Positions 9,032 through 17,019 of a DNA stretch of 52,932 nucleotides are shown here, in pieces (within the stretch, counting starts at the first letter, position 1; each line of letters begins with the position of its first letter). The DNA comes from a virus: positions 1 through 52,932 of the IMG/VR virus record IMGVR_UViG_3300045988_134091; one strand, given 5' to 3'. The notes beneath the pieces were generated by a model. That model had not been told where the DNA came from, did not search any database, and saw nothing but the letters and a program-made list of their open reading frames with translations. The position numbers and the translations under genes are program-made.

Positions 9032-9742
9032 ATGGTCACCGTATTTGAAGGAAGAACTGTAAATGACGCTTGGCTGGCTGGGTTCAATGCCCTTCAGACT
9101 CAGGCTGAGAAAGGATACACCGCTGACTCCAGAGACGGGGGTGTGGTTGGGGAGATTTGCGATGCGGTTTTCTGTATTGAAGACCCCACACGGAACATCG
9201 TGAGCAGCCCCATTCGCAAGATGCCTATGCGGTATGCTGTGGGTGAGCTGGCCTGGTATCTTTCTGGATCCAATAAGGTCAAGGACATCTCCCAGTTTGC
9301 CAAGAAGTGGGCTGACATCTCTGATGATGGCGAGACAAACAACTCTGCCTATGGTTGGAGAATCTTTGACAAGTTTGGTTTTGACCAGTGGCAGTACGTG
9401 AAGGAGCTGCTTTGGAAAGACCCCAGTAGCCGTCAAGCCGTTATCCACATCAAGGATGCAAACAATCAGCCTACCAAAGATGTACCCTGCACGGTGTATC
9501 TTCAGTTCTTCATCCGGGATGGAAAACTGAACCTGTCTACCCATATGCGCTCCAATGATATTTGGATGGGTGTACCCTATGATATGTTCAGCTTCTGCTT
9601 CCTTCAGATGTTGATGGCTATGCAGCTGGGTGTTGAGATTGGGCATTATACCCATTATGCTGGTTCTCTCCACATGTACGCCAGAGACTATGAAGCAGCC
9701 AAGAAAAACATTTCAGCGTTGCCTCAGGCATCTTCTAACTGA
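9032..9742 (+). CDS. ThyA-family deoxypyrimidylate hydroxymethylase (T4 gp42-like; Asp at the TS Asn177 position suggests dCMP)
   Basis: aggagg RBS; NNSAYGWRIF, DPSSRQAVIHI, PCTVYLQFFIRDGKL, MRSNDIWMGVPYDMF, GSLHMYARDY. Confidence 0.8.
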   Translation: MVTVFEGRTVNDAWLAGFNALQTQAEKGYTADSRDGGVVGEICDAVFCIEDPTRNIVSSPIRKMPMRYAVGELAWYLSGSNKVKDISQFAKKWADISDDGETNNSAYGWRIFDKFGFDQWQYVKELLWKDPSSRQAVIHIKDANNQPTKDVPCTVYLQFFIRDGKLNLSTHMRSNDIWMGVPYDMFSFCFLQMLMAMQLGVEIGHYTHYAGSLHMYARDYEAAKKNISALPQASSN

Positions 9743-9757
9743 GGGTGGGGTGGTATT

Positions 9758-10108
9758 ATGCGGGAAGGGCTTATCAAGTTTCTGATAAAGGTTCTTGATG
9801 AGAACAGAGATAAGCTGGTCTGGGAACACCTCTGTTATGCCCCCAAGGGCTTGTATTTGAAGTTTATTGACACCATGGGGATAGAGCGGTTTGAGATGGC
9901 TGATTTTGTGTCCAAATGGGCCAAGGAGGACTTCAATATTGACCTCCCCATGACAACCGCCAAGGACATTACCATTCTCCGGGAGCTTGTTCTGGACAAG
10001 TACAGTAGCGCATACCCCCATCTGCTGAGGAAGTCTGCTACAGATCACCAAGGCTGGGTCAGGGTTTGGGTATCAACACATATGGAAAGGGATTTACAAA
10101 GACAATGA
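9758..10108 (+). CDS. Hypothetical protein
   Basis: ORF track; ATGA overlap with the next gene. Confidence 0.5.
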   Translation: MREGLIKFLIKVLDENRDKLVWEHLCYAPKGLYLKFIDTMGIERFEMADFVSKWAKEDFNIDLPMTTAKDITILRELVLDKYSSAYPHLLRKSATDHQGWVRVWVSTHMERDLQRQ

Positions 10109-10497
10109 TTGAATCTACACAGTACAATGAGAAAGAGCTGTTCCCGCCCATCCTTGCGGTGGACTTTGATGGAACGCTGGTTGAAAACAAGTTCCCTGAG
10201 ATCGGGGAAGTCAACCCCGTGATTTGGGAAGCGGTATCTGCTTACAAAGCTGCGGGTTGGAAAATCATCTTGTGGAGCTGCCGAACAGAGACTATGCTTC
10301 AGGATGCGGTGGACTTCTGCGCATATCGGGGCTTGACCTTTGATGCTGTGAATGAAAACCTTCCTGAAGTTCAGGCATATTATGGCGGTGATACCAGGAA
10401 AGTGTTTGCCAATATGTACATCGATGACCGCTCCGCCGCCCTCTTTGTACAGCCGGATGTATCAGAGTTTGCCCCGGTCAATCTGGTATGGGGGTGA
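10105..10497 (+). CDS. HAD-superfamily hydrolase (putative nucleotidase/phosphatase)
   Basis: AVDFDGTL (DxDxT motif I); WSCRT (motif II-like); IDDR near the C-terminus. Confidence 0.6.
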   Translation: MIESTQYNEKELFPPILAVDFDGTLVENKFPEIGEVNPVIWEAVSAYKAAGWKIILWSCRTETMLQDAVDFCAYRGLTFDAVNENLPEVQAYYGGDTRKVFANMYIDDRSAALFVQPDVSEFAPVNLVWG

Positions 10498-10502
10498 GCA
10501 GG

Positions 10503-10826
10503 ATGTCTGTAAAACGGTTGTGTGATTGCTGTGGCACGGAAATTGCCGAGGATGATTTCATGGTGCTCAATCTTCTTCCCAAATGGAAAACCCGTGGGTT
10601 CAGCTTTGATATACCCTTTGCTACTCCAATGCCCAATCAGGAGTTGTGTGATAGTTGCGCTGCAGAAGTATATGAGCATTATCAGCTGATGAAAGCCAAT
10701 AAGCAGGGCAAAACCCTGAAGCGGGTGTGTCTCAATTGTGGTCAAGAGAATGACTACGATATTGTTTGTCCGATTTGCGGATTCTCCGCATTCAAATTGA
10801 CAGAGGGGGATACAAGTGGGGCTTGA
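10503..10826 (+). CDS. Zinc-ribbon protein (three CxxC pairs)
   Basis: CDCCGTE, CDSCAAE, CLNCGQ...CPICG. Confidence 0.5.
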   Translation: MSVKRLCDCCGTEIAEDDFMVLNLLPKWKTRGFSFDIPFATPMPNQELCDSCAAEVYEHYQLMKANKQGKTLKRVCLNCGQENDYDIVCPICGFSAFKLTEGDTSGA

Positions 10827-11178
10827 ATCTACACTTCAAAGCCGTGTACTTGATTATCTCAATCAGCTGCCCGGTTGTAAAGCAGAAAATGTCTCAGGAA
10901 ATGCTTCACAATCGGGCAGACCTGATATCAATGGATGCTTCCGGGGGAGAATGTTCAAGCTGGAGTTGAAAACCCCTGACCACAGGTACAAGGCCAGTAA
11001 AAAGCAACAGCTTGAGTTGAGACGCTGGAAGAATACCGGGTGTGTTGTTGGGGTTATCTACAGTATGGCTATGATTTACAAATTGTTCTCTTTGGACTGG
11101 GAAGAATACCCTGGTTATGAAGAAAAGACTGAGGCCAATAATTGCTTGTCATGGTTTGACATTCCTGACTGGGGGTGA
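10816..11178 (+). CDS. VRR-NUC domain nuclease
   Basis: GRPDINGCFRGRMFKLELKTP (D...ExK); position next to an SNF2 helicase. Confidence 0.75.
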   Translation: MGLESTLQSRVLDYLNQLPGCKAENVSGNASQSGRPDINGCFRGRMFKLELKTPDHRYKASKKQQLELRRWKNTGCVVGVIYSMAMIYKLFSLDWEEYPGYEEKTEANNCLSWFDIPDWG

Positions 11179-11182
11179 GTTC

Positions 11183-12601
11183 GTGGTTGTACATGGGTTT
11201 ACAATGAAGACAAAGCCTTGGGAACATCAGCTCAAGGCTTTGGAGTATTTATACCCCAGAGATGCCGCTGCACTGTACACAAAACCAGGAAGTGGCAAAA
11301 CCAAAATCATGATTGATTTGATTGTCAATAGAGAGTTCAAGAGAGTGTTGGTTGTGGCTCCGAAAAAACCTTGTGATGTTTGGCCCCCTCAAATCAAACT
11401 CCATTCAAGTTTGGAGTATGGCAATATAATCCCGCTTCATAAGTTGAATTGGGAAGGAAAGAAAAAAGCCCTTCAGTCGGCTATGAAACAGCCAAAAGAC
11501 AAGCCCTTGATATTCGTATGTAACTATGAATCGGTTTGGAGAAAACCCCTGGACAAGATGCTATTCTACAAAAAGCTAGGGATTGACTGCGTTATTTGTG
11601 ATGAAAGCCATAGAATCAAATCGCCCAGTAGCAAATGCTCCAGATTCCTTGCCCGGTTAGGAAAGAGTGTGCCACACCGATACTTGCTCACGGGCACTCC
11701 GTTGGCAGAAAACCCCATGGATGTATATGCGCAGTATAGGTTTCTTGACCCGGCGATATTTGGTACCAACTACTATGCATTTTGCGAGGAATACCAGAAT
11801 GTAGATACAGCACTCAGCTCCAGAGTTGGATTTCCTGTTTTGAACAAGAAGGAACCATACAAAAACCTGGATAGACTAAGGGAGAAAATGTTCAGTTGTG
11901 CTTTCTACATGAAGTCAACTGTAAAACTTCCCAAAACAACCCGCATGGTTATCAAAGTTCCTATGGACCAAAAGACTGAGGAAGTGTACAGGGAGCTGGC
12001 AAAAGAGGGTGCTGTGGAGCTGGGTGAGGGCTTTATGACAGTGAACAATGTCTTGGCTATGACCATCCGTAAACAACAAGTCACAAGCGGATATCTCCCT
12101 ATTGAGTATGACGATGGTACAAAAGAGCTGAAAAGAATCAGCACATACAGACGAACATTTCTGTACAACTTTGTGAAAAATCTCCCTGATGAGGAGCCAC
12201 TGGTCATATTTGCCAAGTTCAGAAAAGACTTGTATGCCATCCGAAAAGTGGCTGAGAAACTGGGATGCGGATATTCTGAGGTGTCCGGTTCAGAAGATAC
12301 CTTGAAGGATTGGAAGGAAGGCAAAACCCGGATATTGGGTGTTCAGTACACCTCTGGCTCTGAAAGTATAGACTTGACCCGTGCCCACATATGTATCTTT
12401 TACACACTGGACCACTCTTTGGGGAAGTATGACCAAGCCAGGAAACGGGTACACCGTCCCGGTCAGGAGAATCCTTGTTTGTACTACCATTTTGTAGCAA
12501 CCATGTCCACAGGAAAGACTGTTGACCAAGATATACTACAATGCTGGAAGAACAAAGAAGACTATGTCAAAGCTGTAATGAATGGGGCTGAGGCCCACTG
12601 A
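11183..12601 (+). CDS. SNF2-family helicase (start uncertain: GTG 11183 or ATG 11204)
   Basis: GSGKTK Walker A, DESHRIK (DExH), QARKRVHRPGQ (motif VI). Confidence 0.9.
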   Translation: MVVHGFTMKTKPWEHQLKALEYLYPRDAAALYTKPGSGKTKIMIDLIVNREFKRVLVVAPKKPCDVWPPQIKLHSSLEYGNIIPLHKLNWEGKKKALQSAMKQPKDKPLIFVCNYESVWRKPLDKMLFYKKLGIDCVICDESHRIKSPSSKCSRFLARLGKSVPHRYLLTGTPLAENPMDVYAQYRFLDPAIFGTNYYAFCEEYQNVDTALSSRVGFPVLNKKEPYKNLDRLREKMFSCAFYMKSTVKLPKTTRMVIKVPMDQKTEEVYRELAKEGAVELGEGFMTVNNVLAMTIRKQQVTSGYLPIEYDDGTKELKRISTYRRTFLYNFVKNLPDEEPLVIFAKFRKDLYAIRKVAEKLGCGYSEVSGSEDTLKDWKEGKTRILGVQYTSGSESIDLTRAHICIFYTLDHSLGKYDQARKRVHRPGQENPCLYYHFVATMSTGKTVDQDILQCWKNKEDYVKAVMNGAEAH

Positions 12602-12631
12602 AAAATTTTTCAGAAAACTTTGAAAAATCTC

Positions 12632-12677
12632 TTGACTTTTGTTTGAGAGCGGAGTATAATCATGATTGTAAGGAAGG
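12632..12677 (+). promoter_or_regulatory. Class A promoter A1 plus conserved leader box
   Basis: TTGACT 12632-37, 17-nt spacer, TATAAT 12655-60, then CATGATTGTAAGGAAGG. Confidence 0.75.
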
Positions 12678-12710
12678 TAAAACCACAAACAAACTGAGGA
12701 GGAATACAAA

Positions 12711-12899
12711 ATGAAGACCATCTCTGAAATTCGCAGCACTATGAAGCTCCATCACACCGCAAGCCGTAGAGGTTATGAAAGCCGCAAAACTGAGGGTCAT
12801 GTTGAAGAGTACAAAGGCAGATTTGGAACTGGTTATATCATTGTAACCCCCAGATTTGATACAACCCAGTATGTTAACATTGAGTACTACATTGTATAA
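12711..12899 (+). CDS. Small early protein (62 aa), monocistronic unit between promoter A1 and a terminator
   Basis: gaggagg RBS; consensus promoter 12632-12660 upstream; hairpin plus T-run immediately downstream. Confidence 0.65.
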   Translation: MKTISEIRSTMKLHHTASRRGYESRKTEGHVEEYKGRFGTGYIIVTPRFDTTQYVNIEYYIV

Positions 12900-12906
12900 A
12901 AGACAG

Positions 12907-12933
12907 CCCCGCCACACGGCGGGGTTTTCTTTT
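12907..12933 (+). terminator. Rho-independent terminator
   Basis: ccccgcc-acac-ggcgggg followed by ttttctttt. Confidence 0.85.
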
Positions 12934-12964
12934 GAAAATTTTTCATCTATTTTCAAAATAATGC

Positions 12965-13012
12965 TTGACTTTTGATTCAGTTGGTAGTACAATATGATTG
13001 TAAAGAGGAAAG
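12965..13012 (+). promoter_or_regulatory. Class A promoter A2 plus conserved leader box
   Basis: TTGACT 12965-70, 17 nt, TACAAT 12988-93, then ATGATTGTAAAGAGGAAAG. Confidence 0.75.
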
Positions 13013-13235
13013 CCCCCTGAAGAAAGAACCGGGGGAAGGAACCAAGGCCACTCGCCAAAGGGAAATAGTTCTGAGGGAACGGCGTGGAGCGGGTCAACGG
13101 CTTAGATGCGACAGTGAGACCCCGCACATACACTACAGCGACTGAGTAGTGGGAATGGGTGGTACAGTGAGCTGACTTAAAGAGCCGTAGACGGGGGCTG
13201 ACCTCTTTCTTATGAATGACTTGGAGGAACAAACA

Positions 13236-14399
13236 ATGCTGTATGAGATTTTTGAGGACAATATGCCTCGTCTGCAGAAGAAGCTGGCCCGTATTCAGAA
13301 GAAGTGCATTGAATATGGCTGTGAGTTCTCTTACAAAGAGCTGGGTGAGACCTTCAGAAAGGTCAAGGATGAGGAAACTGGCCTGGTACACACTGCCAAG
13401 TTCATCACTGTTGATGTTTCTGGAACGGCCCATGTAAATGACTGGGAGTTCATTGCTACCATTGAACACTCCAAGCCCATCAACATCATTCGCTCTTTCC
13501 GTCCTGAAGTTGAGATCCCTGAGAACTACTACACCGCTGATACCCGCTGTGATCACTGCAATACCAAGCGCAACCGCAAGGACACCTATCTCATCCGCAA
13601 TACCGTTACAGGTGAGTTCAAGCAGGTGGGCAAGACTTGCCTGAAGGATTTCACCAAAGGCCTGTCTGCTGAAGCCGTGACTGCTTACGTGTCTTGGTTT
13701 GATGAGCTCATCAAAGGTGAGCAGCCCACCCCCGGTTTCAAGCCCTATTACCCTGTGTCTGAAGTTCTTCAGTATGCGGTTGAAGCTGTTCGTCTGTATG
13801 GCTACACCAAGACCTATTCTGAGGGTGTCAGTACTCAAACAATTGTCCGTGAGCAGATGTTCCAGCAAGCTGGCTGGGAGGAAAGAGTCAGAGAAGACGG
13901 CTTTGATGTTGACCACCGTGGTAATAAGCAGCGTGTTGAGCAGATTTTGACTTGGGTGCCCTCTCTGGCTGATGAGTTTGGATACAACACCAACCTGAAG
14001 GCTGTTTGCCATAAGGAGTTCTGTGAAGGCCGGGATTTTGGTTTGATTTGCTCTGCTGTTGCGGTTTACAACCGCGAGATGGAGCGCAAAGCCCGTCAGG
14101 AGTTCTCCCACAGAGCGGATGAGAAGTCTGTATGGGTTGGGGCTGAGGGTGACCGCATTGAGCTTCATGACCTCAGTGTGCGTCTCTTGACAGGGTGGGA
14201 GACTCAGTTTGGGTATACCTATCTGTACAAGCTCACTGCTCCTGATGGAACCATTTTCACCTGGAAAACCGGAAAGTGGCTGGGGAGTTCTGATGAGATC
14301 TCTGACAATGATCGCGTGTCCCTGAAAGGAACGATCAAAGGGCATAATGAGTACAAGGGAGTTATGCAGACTGAGCTCACCCGCTGCCGGGTGATTTAA
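13236..14399 (+). CDS. Hypothetical protein with CxxC...C zinc-ribbon-like centre; has its own promoter and a roughly 240-nt leader
   Basis: ggagg lies upstream of ATG 13236 (track start 13212); RCDHCNTKRNRKDTYLIRN...VGKTCLKDF. Confidence 0.7.
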   Translation: MLYEIFEDNMPRLQKKLARIQKKCIEYGCEFSYKELGETFRKVKDEETGLVHTAKFITVDVSGTAHVNDWEFIATIEHSKPINIIRSFRPEVEIPENYYTADTRCDHCNTKRNRKDTYLIRNTVTGEFKQVGKTCLKDFTKGLSAEAVTAYVSWFDELIKGEQPTPGFKPYYPVSEVLQYAVEAVRLYGYTKTYSEGVSTQTIVREQMFQQAGWEERVREDGFDVDHRGNKQRVEQILTWVPSLADEFGYNTNLKAVCHKEFCEGRDFGLICSAVAVYNREMERKARQEFSHRADEKSVWVGAEGDRIELHDLSVRLLTGWETQFGYTYLYKLTAPDGTIFTWKTGKWLGSSDEISDNDRVSLKGTIKGHNEYKGVMQTELTRCRVI

Positions 14400-14557
14400 C
14401 AGAAATACCAGGCCGGGAGTAGGAAAGAAACCTGCCCCCGGCCCGGATTCGCGAGAGTCTGGCAATCCTCTCAATCTATTTCCTCACGGAAAGAAGGTGG
14501 GTGTATAACTACCACCCCAGGAATAAAAACACCGCTGCAGCCATTCTACGATGGAAA

Positions 14558-14586
14558 AGTGCCCCCAGCCTGAAACCGGGGGCACT
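14558..14586 (-). terminator. Terminator at the convergent junction of + and - strand transcription
   Basis: 9-bp stem agtgccccc/gggggcact with an 11-nt loop; the - strand RNA is followed by UUUUCC. Confidence 0.6.
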
Positions 14587-14589
14587 CCC

Positions 14590-14712
14590 TTATTGGGTCT
14601 GCTGAACCTTTTCTTTGAGGATAATGCGCTGGAGAGAATCATCCCATGCATAGATGTCGTGGTCAGGCCAGGGTCGCTCCACGGGAACATACTTGTTTGG
14701 GCCAATCTTCAT
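14590..14712 (-). CDS. Possible small ORF (40 aa) ending just before the - strand terminator
   Basis: Hand translation MKIGPNKYVPVERPWPDHDIYAWDDSLQRIILKEKVQQTQ; no clear RBS. Confidence 0.25.
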   Translation of the reverse strand: MKIGPNKYVPVERPWPDHDIYAWDDSLQRIILKEKVQQTQ

Positions 14713-14729
14713 AAACAGCTGGGGTTGTT

Positions 14730-15338
14730 TTAACAAGTGCTGACCCCGATGTTTTTGAGCTTTCCCTTGTATTTCTTGTGGTAGCTGTCCTGAAGTTCAG
14801 CGATGTAGTCTGCACTGTACTCAACAGACTCCAATTCAATGCACAGCCGTTCCAGGCGTTTGAGCTCCATGTCAACATCCTTTACCAGCTCATTGACCCT
14901 GTTGAAGTCTGCAATCTTCTGCCATGCCATCAGGTATGCGGCACACTTCTCGTACAGTTCCTTGGTGCCACATTCCCATTCCTTGTATTGCTCCATGGCT
15001 CTCTGAACAGCCTGTTTGCGAACAGCCAGGGTGACATCCATGCGGTTGTACTGATACCAGTCATCCGGGGCAACATCAACAGGGTTGATTTCCTCATCGG
15101 GAAGAAGCATACCATGATGATTGAGGTAATACCTTTTGAGAGCACGATGTTCAGCAGATTCAGCAAAATACTGATATTCATGCATTCGCTTGAACCCTCT
15201 CAGTCCAAGGAAGTCGAACAAATCTGCCATCTCGTCATGAAACATGAGAGCGGTAATCTGTCTTGTATTGATGACACTGAAGACATCTTTACAATTTTTG
15301 GGCTCATAATCCATGAATACGGATTTGGACTTTGACAC
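14730..15338 (-). CDS. Hypothetical protein
   Basis: ORF track; last large gene of the - strand transcription unit. Confidence 0.6.
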   Translation of the reverse strand: MSKSKSVFMDYEPKNCKDVFSVINTRQITALMFHDEMADLFDFLGLRGFKRMHEYQYFAESAEHRALKRYYLNHHGMLLPDEEINPVDVAPDDWYQYNRMDVTLAVRKQAVQRAMEQYKEWECGTKELYEKCAAYLMAWQKIADFNRVNELVKDVDMELKRLERLCIELESVEYSADYIAELQDSYHKKYKGKLKNIGVSTC

Positions 15339-15340
15339 TT

Positions 15341-15550
15341 TCAGTCCTCCTTTTCTTGTAGTTTGTTCAAGAGAAAGTTCAATTTCTCATCTTGTTCTTT
15401 GAGGTGATTGTGTATGTCCAACACAGCCTCATTTACGGTTTCTTGTAGTTGACTTTGACCCACATTCTCAGAATAGTTGGCCAACCCAACAAGAAAAGAC
15501 ACAATTGCTATTGCATCCAGAATTGAGAATTGTTCCCCTTGGTTGCTCAT
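15341..15550 (-). CDS. Small single-TM protein
   Basis: ATGA overlap with the upstream gene at 15547-15550; FSILDAIAIVSFLVGLANY hydrophobic segment. Confidence 0.5.
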   Translation of the reverse strand: MSNQGEQFSILDAIAIVSFLVGLANYSENVGQSQLQETVNEAVLDIHNHLKEQDEKLNFLLNKLQEKED

Positions 15551-15969
15551 GCCAGTTTCACAGCTCCCACACAAGTGTGATTCACCGTACCTGCAACACC
15601 ACTGATGTCCAGTGTGATGAGAGGATGGTTCACGCAGCAGGTAGTCAAGCACAGGTCAGTTTCGATGTGGCTTGTGTACACATCCCCAGCCGCTACGGTT
15701 TGCTGAGCAATAGCGCAGGGAAGGGCAACCCCATCTTTGTACAGCTGAAGGATGGCTACGCCCGCAGCGGTTGGAGTATAGGTGACATCAGCGGAAAGAT
15801 GATACAGACCAGACTTGTTAACCCGGATGCTTGCCGTGTTCAGGGTCAGAGAGCATCCGCTGTTTACAACAGGAGTTCCTTCCAGATTCAGAGGGGTCAG
15901 AGCAGCCGTGAAAGCCTGAGCGGTGTTGTTGTATACCCGGATACAAGATTTTGCATACTGATTATTCAT
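15547..15969 (-). CDS. C1q/TNF-like (BclA C-terminal-domain-like) jelly-roll protein
   Basis: About 140 aa of beta-rich sequence; ...SGLYHLSADVTYTPTAAGVAILQLYKDGVALP... pattern as in BclA-type C-terminal domains. Recognition by eye only. Confidence 0.35.
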   Translation of the reverse strand: MNNQYAKSCIRVYNNTAQAFTAALTPLNLEGTPVVNSGCSLTLNTASIRVNKSGLYHLSADVTYTPTAAGVAILQLYKDGVALPCAIAQQTVAAGDVYTSHIETDLCLTTCCVNHPLITLDISGVAGTVNHTCVGAVKLA

Positions 15970-16056
15970 ACAAAAGCTCCTTTCATAGATAAAGGGGGAG
16001 AGCAGCGTGCCCTCCCCCCTTCAAGTTGGGCATAAGTATATGCCAGTGTTCAGATG

Positions 16057-16749
16057 TTAGCAGCCGCAGCCGTTGCCGCAACCACAAACCCCATAGCCAT
16101 TCGCTGCAGTATAGGGGCTGCAGGTGACATAGCTAGGAATGGGGAAGGGACGCACCGCATTGATGATGGTCTGCGTCTGAGAGAAGTTGCCCAACTGGAG
16201 CTGAGCCGCCTGCAGGTTGTCACGCAGCTCCTGGATAGTGTTCTGAGTCATCAGAGCACGAGTGGCATCGCCGTCAGCCTTGATGGCATTGACAATGTCG
16301 CAGGTGTTGCGTGCGTTCTCATAGCGTACCGCATCAATGTTTCGGTTGGTTTCGCAGCAGCACTGCTGAGCAGCAAAACGGCTCTCAGCGATGTTGCTGT
16401 TCACGCCGTTGAAGCCCTGGCACAGCTGGTTCTGAATTCCATTCATGCCCTGCAGCATGGTAGTGTTCTGAGCATAAAAGCCATCACACAGACCATTCTG
16501 GATGCCGCGCACAGCATGATCCAGCTGGCTGTAGTTCAGGCCGTCATACAGCTCAGCACGAGTCAGAGCACCCTGAGCCGCTGCGTTGTTGCCAAAGCCA
16601 AAGCCACCGCCACCCCAGGCAAGCAGGAAGAACAGGAAGAACACCCAGATCCAGGTACTACTGCCACCTCCAAACATGCCATCGTTGTCTTTGTTCTGAA
16701 GAGCCAGAGCATCAGCAACAGACAGACCGCTACCAGATTCCATACCCAT
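16057..16749 (-). CDS. Membrane-anchored Cys-rich protein (C-terminal CGCGNGCGC)
   Basis: aaggagg RBS; TM segment WIWVFFLFFLLAW; repeated QNxLCxGF units; QQCCCE. Confidence 0.6.
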   Translation of the reverse strand: MGMESGSGLSVADALALQNKDNDGMFGGGSSTWIWVFFLFFLLAWGGGGFGFGNNAAAQGALTRAELYDGLNYSQLDHAVRGIQNGLCDGFYAQNTTMLQGMNGIQNQLCQGFNGVNSNIAESRFAAQQCCCETNRNIDAVRYENARNTCDIVNAIKADGDATRALMTQNTIQELRDNLQAAQLQLGNFSQTQTIINAVRPFPIPSYVTCSPYTAANGYGVCGCGNGCGC

Positions 16750-16773
16750 ACAATTGTCCTCCTTGTAATAGAT

Positions 16774-17019
16774 TTATTTCACCCCAGGAAACTGGGATTG
16801 AAACTGAGCCCAAGCATCATCAAAGCTGATGCCACGCTGTTTACAGAGGTTTTCACAAGTCTGCTTTAGTTCCTCTGGGGATTTCCCCTGAGCCATCTGT
16901 TGAGCCTGTCGAAACATTGGATTGGCATTTAGCTGACTCATCATGAGGTTCATAGGATTCAGACCTTTGCCCCCATTCATAAGCATGCCCATCATCTGCA
17001 TTGGATTGAAACCCATCAC
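16774..17019 (-). CDS. Met/Asn/Gln-rich small protein
   Basis: ORF track; MMGFNPMQMMGMLMNGG...; ATGA overlap with the upstream gene. Confidence 0.55.
   Translation of the reverse strand: MMGFNPMQMMGMLMNGGKGLNPMNLMMSQLNANPMFRQAQQMAQGKSPEELKQTCENLCKQRGISFDDAWAQFQSQFPGVK

Noticed and set aside
12661-12696. The conserved leader box ATGATTGTAA... read as a conserved leaderless mini-ORF (MIVKRK...)
   Set aside because: Copy A5 has ATA instead of ATG. The downstream lengths and sequences differ (8 to 59 codons). The expected transcription start falls inside or after the ATG. Conservation is therefore at the nucleotide/RNA level, not the peptide level.
12660-14474. 604-aa ORF on the - strand, the longest uninterrupted ORF in this part of the track
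   Set aside because: It is antisense to two + strand genes that have consensus promoters, RBSs and terminators. Its sequence is low-complexity (L/S/R/P-rich), it has no RBS, and it runs through the + strand terminator and promoter. It is most likely a stop-poor antisense frame.
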